This document shows, in pieces, positions 58,143 to 64,000 of a stretch of 64,000 nucleotides of DNA; position 1 is the first letter of the stretch, and each line of letters starts with the position of its first letter. The stretch is from Candidatus Entotheonellaceae bacterium (lineage in GTDB: Bacteria > Tectomicrobia > Entotheonellia > Entotheonellales > Entotheonellaceae). Below the pieces are notes generated by a model, which worked only from the letters and a program-made list of their open reading frames with translations, was not told where the DNA came from and ran no database searches. Both the position numbers and the translations under genes were made by a program. The stretch is taken from positions 1,696,001 to 1,760,000 of the forward strand of contig OZ250173.1 of NCBI GenBank assembly GCA_965238075.1. The letters are read 5' to 3'.

Positions 58143-58463
58143 ATGGACGTGAACCAATTCATCATACTTGAAGCTCAGGTTGAGCGATTGCTTCTGTCCC
58201 ATGACCGTTTGAAGCGGGATAACAAGCAATTGCAGTCCGAGATCGGGCAATTGCAATCCGAGATCGGGCAATTGCAGTCCGACGTGTCAGTCCGGGAGAA
58301 GCGAATCACCGGTCTGCAAAACGCACGGGAAAGGTTCACGCAATTGCGTGCGATTGTGCAGGATCTGCAACAGGAGCGGTTCGTCGTACATAAGAAGCTT
58401 CAGGAGTTGTTGCAGATTGTTGAGCAGCTTGAAAATTCCCCTCAGAGGCGTGAAACAGGCTAG
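58143..58463 (+). CDS. ZapB-like coiled-coil protein
   Basis: Heptad coiled coil, upstream of zapA. Confidence 0.65.
   Translation: MDVNQFIILEAQVERLLLSHDRLKRDNKQLQSEIGQLQSEIGQLQSDVSVREKRITGLQNARERFTQLRAIVQDLQQERFVVHKKLQELLQIVEQLENSPQRRETG
58227..58282 (+). repeat. 21-nt in-frame tandem repeat (QLQSEIG x ~2.7)
   Basis: CAATTGCARTCCGAGATCGGG repeated. Confidence 0.9.
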
Positions 58464-58489
58464 GATTCGGGCAAACGAAGGGGCTCAGT

Positions 58490-58780
58490 GTGGTAGAGGA
58501 CGTTGAGGTCGAGATATTCGGACAGACGTTCCGGCTTTCTGCCGGGGCAGCGGAATCCGACTACATGCAACGGTTGGCAGCGCACGTCGATGAGAGAATC
58601 CGCGCCATCGCTGACGTAAGTCCGTCCGTATCTTTCAATCGTTTGGCCATCTTGGCTGCCCTCAACATTGCCGATGATCTCTTCAAACTCCAAGATGACT
58701 TAGACCATGCCTCGCAACTCATGGACGCGAAGACCGACAGGCTCATCGCAGCGATCAAACAACAACTGACAACGAACTAA
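58490..58780 (+). CDS. zapA: Cell division protein ZapA
   Basis: VEIFGQ, LA..VD, AILAALNIAD. Confidence 0.92.
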   Translation: MVEDVEVEIFGQTFRLSAGAAESDYMQRLAAHVDERIRAIADVSPSVSFNRLAILAALNIADDLFKLQDDLDHASQLMDAKTDRLIAAIKQQLTTN

Positions 58781-58904
58781 ACCCTGGCCCCCATCAGCCA
58801 CTGACCGCTCTTGATCTTCCATGAACGGTCCGACCCCCGTTTAGATAAATCCCCGCCCCGCCCGTATTCAACCTTTGTAATCAGCCAAGGCATCAACACA
58901 AACC

Positions 58905-59480
58905 ATGCTCACCAAAGCACAGTTGCGTGAATCGTGTCTGGCTCGACGAGCGGCCCTGACGACGGCGAAACGCCGCCAAATGAGCGCCGCAATCGCCAAG
59001 CATGTTTGCGCCATGCCGGCTTTTCAGGACAGCCAGACGGTCATGCTTTACATGGCGTTGCCGCAGGAAGCGCAGACCGCGGCAATCCTCGCGGAAAGCC
59101 GCTATCAAGGAAAGCGGGTAACGGTCCCCGTCGTAAAGCCGTGCGGACTCGTTGCCGCGGAACTGCCGACGGGCCAACTCCAATTTCAGCCGGGCCCCTT
59201 TGACATTCCCGAACCTGCCGTCAGCACGGCGATCATACCCCCCGAAGATATCAACTGCGTCATGGTCCCTGGCATCGCTTTTGACCGCCGCGGCGCGCGA
59301 TTGGGATTCGGAAAAGGCTATTACGACCGCTTCTTGTGCCAACTCCCCGCCACGACGCATGTGTGCGGCTTGGCCTTCTCGGTGCAGATTGTCCAACATG
59401 TGCCCGACCTGCCGCACGACGTCCGCATGCAGTCGCTGGTGACCGACCAGGGCGTGCTGCTTTGCGAAGACACCCGCTAA
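58905..59480 (+). CDS. ygfA: 5-formyltetrahydrofolate cyclo-ligase
   Basis: VPGIAFD..G.RLG.GKGYYDR, PHD. Confidence 0.93.
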   Translation: MLTKAQLRESCLARRAALTTAKRRQMSAAIAKHVCAMPAFQDSQTVMLYMALPQEAQTAAILAESRYQGKRVTVPVVKPCGLVAAELPTGQLQFQPGPFDIPEPAVSTAIIPPEDINCVMVPGIAFDRRGARLGFGKGYYDRFLCQLPATTHVCGLAFSVQIVQHVPDLPHDVRMQSLVTDQGVLLCEDTR

Positions 59481-60481
59481 GCCGGACGCGCCGCCACCGC
59501 TCCGCTCAAGGTCTGCTGCAAATGGACCAGCAGGCGCTCAAAGACAAGCTGGGGATTGACGTTCATGGCGAGGTAATGGCGAAGCTGCTCAATGAGGTCA
59601 CGCGTATCGAGCAGCCATTCATGCGTCAACGGGCGTGACAGCTCATTCAATTCCGCACGCATGTCCTGGTTATAAAGTGGTGCCGCCGGGGCGACTTTAA
59701 GCACCACCATGTCCCGGCATAGAAGCTCAAGCCATCGCAACAACTCTTCGCACTGTTCCCGTCTGCCGGCAAACTGTCTCGCCTTGCTGAAAAGACTGGG
59801 ATCCTTGGCGCCCAACGCATCGGACAGCAGGGTATACGCCGCCTGTCGTTTGGCGAGTATCTGCGCGGGCTCTGTTTCCGCAAACGCACCCAGACTGCCT
59901 TCCACCAGCGAAGCGGCAGCCCTAGCGGTCTCAGCGTCCACCCCTCGCTGCGAAAGAATGCTTGCAATGTGTTGCGGCGCAAGGGGCTGAAAGGGCAGGA
60001 GTTGACAGCGCGAAATAATGGTCAGCGGCAGCGCCTCCTTCCTGCCAGCCAACAGCAGTAGCAGCGCATTACCGGGCGGCTCCTCCAGCGTCTTCAAAAG
60101 AGCGTGGGCCGCCGGGAGCGTCAGCAACTCACAACCGTCGATGATAATCGTGGTGCGCTGGCTTTCGTACGGCTTATAGCTGAGGCGATTCTGGATCATG
60201 CGAACGGCTTCGATCCTGATCGAGGCGCCCTCCGGCTCGATCAGCAGCACATCGGGATGGTTCCGGCTGGCGATCTTGCGGCACGTTGTGCAGGCGTCGC
60301 AGGCATCGGCGGTGGCAGCGGTGCAATACAGCGCCTTGGTGAATTGCAAGGCCGAGAGTTTCTTGCCCGTGCCGTTGGGTCCATAGAACAGATAGGCATG
60401 CGATAAACGGTCACTTTTCAGCGCTTTTCGCAACCGCGCGACGGCCCGTTCCTGTCCCAAAATACCTTCAAAACTCACCAC
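59477..60481 (-). CDS. holB: DNA polymerase III delta' subunit
   Basis: HAYLFYG, CDAC..C, NHPD, LLKTLEEPP, TIISRC. Confidence 0.93.
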   Translation of the reverse strand: MVSFEGILGQERAVARLRKALKSDRLSHAYLFYGPNGTGKKLSALQFTKALYCTAATADACDACTTCRKIASRNHPDVLLIEPEGASIRIEAVRMIQNRLSYKPYESQRTTIIIDGCELLTLPAAHALLKTLEEPPGNALLLLLAGRKEALPLTIISRCQLLPFQPLAPQHIASILSQRGVDAETARAAASLVEGSLGAFAETEPAQILAKRQAAYTLLSDALGAKDPSLFSKARQFAGRREQCEELLRWLELLCRDMVVLKVAPAAPLYNQDMRAELNELSRPLTHEWLLDTRDLIEQLRHYLAMNVNPQLVFERLLVHLQQTLSGAVAARPA

Positions 60482-60627
60482 CGCTCCTTGTGCTATATAG
60501 TCGAAATATCCCTAACGTATCACGGCGAACCGGCTTCTGCCATCCCGACGCGCGGTGCTCCGCAGGTAAGGATTACGCCACGCAAACCGCCCCAAGATGA
60601 CCGTTAGGAAATTGTTCATCACCGTCC

Positions 60628-60655
60628 TTGCGGTTGAAACGTTGATGGGTATAAT
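60628..60655 (+). promoter_or_regulatory. Possible sigma70 promoter of hrcA
   Basis: TTGCGG-16 bp-TATAAT. Confidence 0.5.
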
Positions 60656-60701
60656 GGCGCATTCTTCGCCCTTGAATTCATCGTGGCAGGAAGGTGTACG
60701 C

Positions 60702-61757
60702 ATGCCTCAGACGCCAGAACTCGAAGTCTTGGATGGACGCACGCAAAGCATTTTGACGGCCATCGTGCATTGTTTCATTCAGAACGCCGAGCCCATCGGT
60801 TCTCGGACGATATCGAAACGCTTCGATTTCGGCCTGAGCCCGGCAACCATCCGCAACGTGATGTCCGACCTCGAGGACCTCGGATTCCTGGAGCAACCGC
60901 ACACCTCCGCAGGACGCATGCCCACCGACAAAGGCTATCGATTCTACGTCAATCACCTAAGCGACCTCGATGTTCTCAGCAGCGAGGATTCCGCTCGTAT
61001 CTCGCAGCGCTATACGCTTTATCGCGGCGAAGTCGACGAGGTGATGGCGGAAACCTCCCGCCTGCTCTCGGAGGTCACGCAGTACGCCGGGGTGGTCCTT
61101 CGCACCTTCACCACCACGATTTTCAAACGCATCGAGTTTGTCAAAGTACGCGACCATCAGGTCATGGCGATTTTCGTCATGGAATCCGGGATGATCCAGA
61201 ACAAGCTGATTATGCTCGACGACGAGTTGAGTCAAGACGACCTACATCGCATCTCCAATTATCTCAATTATGAATTTGCCAACCAGCCGCTGCGTGAGAT
61301 TCGCCGCCAAGTGCTCGAACGCATGCAGGAGGACAAAGCACAATACGACAGCCTCGTCCAGCAGGCGATGCACGTGGGCGAAAAGACGTTTGCCGACACC
61401 GTGGAAAGCGAGAGCGACATTTATCTGGGCGGCACAGTCAACATTCTGGATCAGCCCGAATTCGCCTCGAATGTCGATCAGATGAAGGACCTCTTCGCGG
61501 CGTTTGAAGAAAAGAATCGGTTGATCAGCGTGCTCGACAAGTGTCTTGAGGAAACCGGCGTGAATGTCGTTATAGGCTCGGAAACCCCCTTCAAGGATAT
61601 TCACAAGTGCAGCTTCGTAACCCACACCTACACCTATGCCGACCGCACGATCGGCGTCCTCGGTGTACTCGGTCCAAAACGCATGGCCTATCCGCACGTC
61701 ATGGCCGTCGTTGATTACACCGCACAGCTCGTCAGCAAAATCCTCACCCAGGGTTAG
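60702..61757 (+). CDS. hrcA: Heat-inducible transcription repressor
   Basis: SPATIRN.M.DLE, PHTSAGR.PT..GYR, GPKRM.Y. Confidence 0.96.
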   Translation: MPQTPELEVLDGRTQSILTAIVHCFIQNAEPIGSRTISKRFDFGLSPATIRNVMSDLEDLGFLEQPHTSAGRMPTDKGYRFYVNHLSDLDVLSSEDSARISQRYTLYRGEVDEVMAETSRLLSEVTQYAGVVLRTFTTTIFKRIEFVKVRDHQVMAIFVMESGMIQNKLIMLDDELSQDDLHRISNYLNYEFANQPLREIRRQVLERMQEDKAQYDSLVQQAMHVGEKTFADTVESESDIYLGGTVNILDQPEFASNVDQMKDLFAAFEEKNRLISVLDKCLEETGVNVVIGSETPFKDIHKCSFVTHTYTYADRTIGVLGVLGPKRMAYPHVMAVVDYTAQLVSKILTQG

Positions 61758-61835
61758 CGGTCCTGACCTCTGATGTCCCCACCTTAGCTCCGGCGTCTCC
61801 CTGAAATCCTCCAACTATTGAAACCGGTGGCCTGG

Positions 61836-62771
61836 ATGCAATGGTGGAACGTTTACGTGCAAACGCCGGCGCATACAAGCGATGCGGTTAGCGCCTACCT
61901 CGATCGCCTGGGTTCGGCAGCGGTTATCATCCATGAGCACGCCAGACTGTCGGCCTGCCGGGAACCCTGCGTGGACAACACGCTTTACATTCGGGGCTCG
62001 ACCGTCCTGCAAGCGGCCTTCGCGGGGCATGAAGAACTCTTGACACGGCTTGCCGTCTTGCAACGATTCATGGCCACCGGCGCCGGGTCCGAAGCGATCC
62101 TGCCTTGGGCCTTATACTGCTGCAAACTGAGTGACCAACGATATCTGACCCAATGGCAGGACTTCTTTCATCCTTTCTGGGTGGATGATCGCTTGCTCAT
62201 TCGTCCTTCCTGGGACACCTCACCCATGGCGCGCGACAAGGCATGCCTGACCATTGATCCGGGTTTGGCCTTCGGAACCGGCACGCACCCAACCACCCGC
62301 ATGTGCCTGGACATGCTGGCCGACTACGCCCCGCAATACCAAGGCGGTGATCTTCTTGACGCGGGCTGTGGCTCGGGTATCCTGTCGCTGGCTGCTCTGC
62401 GGCTCGGCTTGCGCACCGCAGTCGGCGTGGACGTGGACCCCCAAGCGGTTGTCGTAGCGATCGACAATGCCGCGACGAATGACCTGCAGAAACAGGTGCA
62501 ATTCATTTCCGGCTGGTGCGACGCTGCCACCGGGCCATTCGACATGATTGTAGCGAATATCTTTCTCGGGCCGTTGGTCGAGATGATGCAAACCCTGCGT
62601 CGTCGTCTGAGGCCGGGAGGCACCCTGATCGCATCTGGAATTATCGCTCCCCAGGAAGCCACGTTGACGGCGTCGCTCAAGACAGCCGGACTGGGTGTTT
62701 GCTCCCGGATGCTGACAGACGGCTGGATTGCCTTGGCTGCCCAATCTGTCCGGGATGCGTCGGCAAAGTGA
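61836..62771 (+). CDS. prmA: Ribosomal protein L11 methyltransferase
   Basis: DPGLAFGTGTHPTT, D.GCGSGIL, VANI. Confidence 0.94.
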   Translation: MQWWNVYVQTPAHTSDAVSAYLDRLGSAAVIIHEHARLSACREPCVDNTLYIRGSTVLQAAFAGHEELLTRLAVLQRFMATGAGSEAILPWALYCCKLSDQRYLTQWQDFFHPFWVDDRLLIRPSWDTSPMARDKACLTIDPGLAFGTGTHPTTRMCLDMLADYAPQYQGGDLLDAGCGSGILSLAALRLGLRTAVGVDVDPQAVVVAIDNAATNDLQKQVQFISGWCDAATGPFDMIVANIFLGPLVEMMQTLRRRLRPGGTLIASGIIAPQEATLTASLKTAGLGVCSRMLTDGWIALAAQSVRDASAK

Positions 62772-62784
62772 GCTCAAGAATCGT

Positions 62785-63528
62785 ATGCACCGCGCGTATG
62801 TAGCCCCGGGAATCCTTGACGAATCCGTCATCTCGCTACCGCGCGATACAGCCCACTACGTCGCCCGCGTGCTGCGGTTAAGGGTGGGCGACCAGATCGG
62901 CCTGTTCGATGGCAATGGCCGGGAATGTGTCGTTCGTCTGACACATGTATCGGCCGGTCTTGTTCAAGGCGAGCGGGTGACCCTGCTGGCGTCGTCGCCG
63001 TCCTGCAGCAGGGTTGTCGTGCTAGGGCAGGGACTTCCTCAGGGCGCCAGGATGGACTGGATCGTCGAGAAATGTTCCGAGTTGGGATTGTCTACGCTGG
63101 TGCCTCTCCACACCGAGCTGTCGGTGGTGCGGAGCGTTGGCCAGCGCATGACTGAGAAAATGGCCCGTTGGCAGCGCATTGCGGCGGCAGCGGCCGGCCA
63201 GTGCGGACGCCGAACGTTGCTCGAACTCGGTACCCCGTCGTCATTGGCCGATTTTTGCGCCCGCTACGACGCGGCACCCGTTAAGATCATTTGTTGGGAA
63301 CAGGAAAAATCACGCGGCATCCGGCAGGTGTTAGAGACCAGAGATGATCGCTACCCCATTGCCGTTCTCGTGGGACCGGAAAGCGGGTTCACCGAAGACG
63401 AAGTCGCCGTGGCCGAGGCGCACGGTTTCGTGCCGGTGAGCCTGGGACCGCGGCGCCTGCGCACCGAAACCGCGGCTGTCGCCGTGACCGGCATCATCCG
63501 CTACAGCCGCGGCGAACTCGATCCCTGA
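62785..63528 (+). CDS. rsmE: 16S rRNA m3U1498 methyltransferase
   Basis: H..RVLR, EK.SELG, VGPE.GF, LRTETA. Confidence 0.94.
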   Translation: MHRAYVAPGILDESVISLPRDTAHYVARVLRLRVGDQIGLFDGNGRECVVRLTHVSAGLVQGERVTLLASSPSCSRVVVLGQGLPQGARMDWIVEKCSELGLSTLVPLHTELSVVRSVGQRMTEKMARWQRIAAAAAGQCGRRTLLELGTPSSLADFCARYDAAPVKIICWEQEKSRGIRQVLETRDDRYPIAVLVGPESGFTEDEVAVAEAHGFVPVSLGPRRLRTETAAVAVTGIIRYSRGELDP

Positions 63529-63538
63529 GGAAGACGGA

Positions 63539-64000
63539 ATGAATAAAATCAAGCGCGCCCTCGTCAGCGTGTCGGACAAGGAGGGCATTGTTCCCTTTGT
63601 GGAGCAGTTGCGGCACTACGACATCGAAATCCTGTCCACCGGCGGCACCGCTACCGCCTTGCGGGATCGCGGCATTCCGGTCGTGTCTGTGGAGGACGTT
63701 ACCGGCATGCCGGAGATGCTCGGCGGCCGGGTCAAGACCCTGCACCCCCGCCTGCACGGCGGGATTCTCGCCCAACGCGACAGACCCGATCAAATGGCTG
63801 ACGCCGTCTCACACGACTTGCCCCTCATCGATCTGGTTGTCGTCAACCTCTACCCCTTCGAGACCATGACGGGAAACGGCGATCTCTCCCTGGACGAAGC
63901 GCTCTCCTACATTGACATCGGCGGCGTGGCGATGCTGCGAGCCGCCGCCAAGAATTTCGCGGACGTGGCGGTGGTGTGCCAACCGCACCAGTACGATGAG
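63539..64000 (+). CDS. purH: Bifunctional AICAR transformylase/IMP cyclohydrolase, truncated by window end
   Basis: RALVSVSDK, STGGT, GRVKTLHP, IDIGG..RAAAKN. Confidence 0.97.
   Translation, partial: MNKIKRALVSVSDKEGIVPFVEQLRHYDIEILSTGGTATALRDRGIPVVSVEDVTGMPEMLGGRVKTLHPRLHGGILAQRDRPDQMADAVSHDLPLIDLVVVNLYPFETMTGNGDLSLDEALSYIDIGGVAMLRAAAKNFADVAVVCQPHQYDE

Noticed and set aside
58781-58904. 6S RNA at the zapA-ygfA locus
   Set aside because: Too short and lacks long complementary arms

Overview
High-GC diderm bacterial chromosome segment (taxon not determinable from sequence alone). It opens with the 3' part of an rRNA operon in which a lower-GC secreted DUF442/phosphatase-like gene, followed by a degenerate attC-like hairpin, sits between the 23S and 5S genes. 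A decayed zone follows (plsB-like pseudogene, DUF4301, nested dead IS elements). The rest is mostly housekeeping: ilvB, trpBA, hemQ/chdC, gmhA-hldE-kdsA-kdsD, dapL, surA, pyrR-pyrB-pyrC-carA-carB-pyrD, lepB, rsmA, sucCD-ndk, valS, 4 tRNAs, tig-clpP-clpX, infC-rpmI-rplT, zapB-zapA-ygfA, holB, hrcA-prmA-rsmE-purH. There is a second small junk patch at 26-29 kb and an IS4 relic at 43-44 kb. The most striking signal is two families of very small palindromic elements inside coding sequence. Family A is an exactly 24-nt hairpin+GGCAGGCTY unit found at C^T (mostly CC^T) sites without target duplication: 5 full copies and 1 truncated, including one in frame in valS. Family B is a CCCCTCCCTCAAGGRRAGGGG hairpin embedded in frame in pyrC, carB (twice) and sucC. 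A candidate structured RNA lies upstream of valS.
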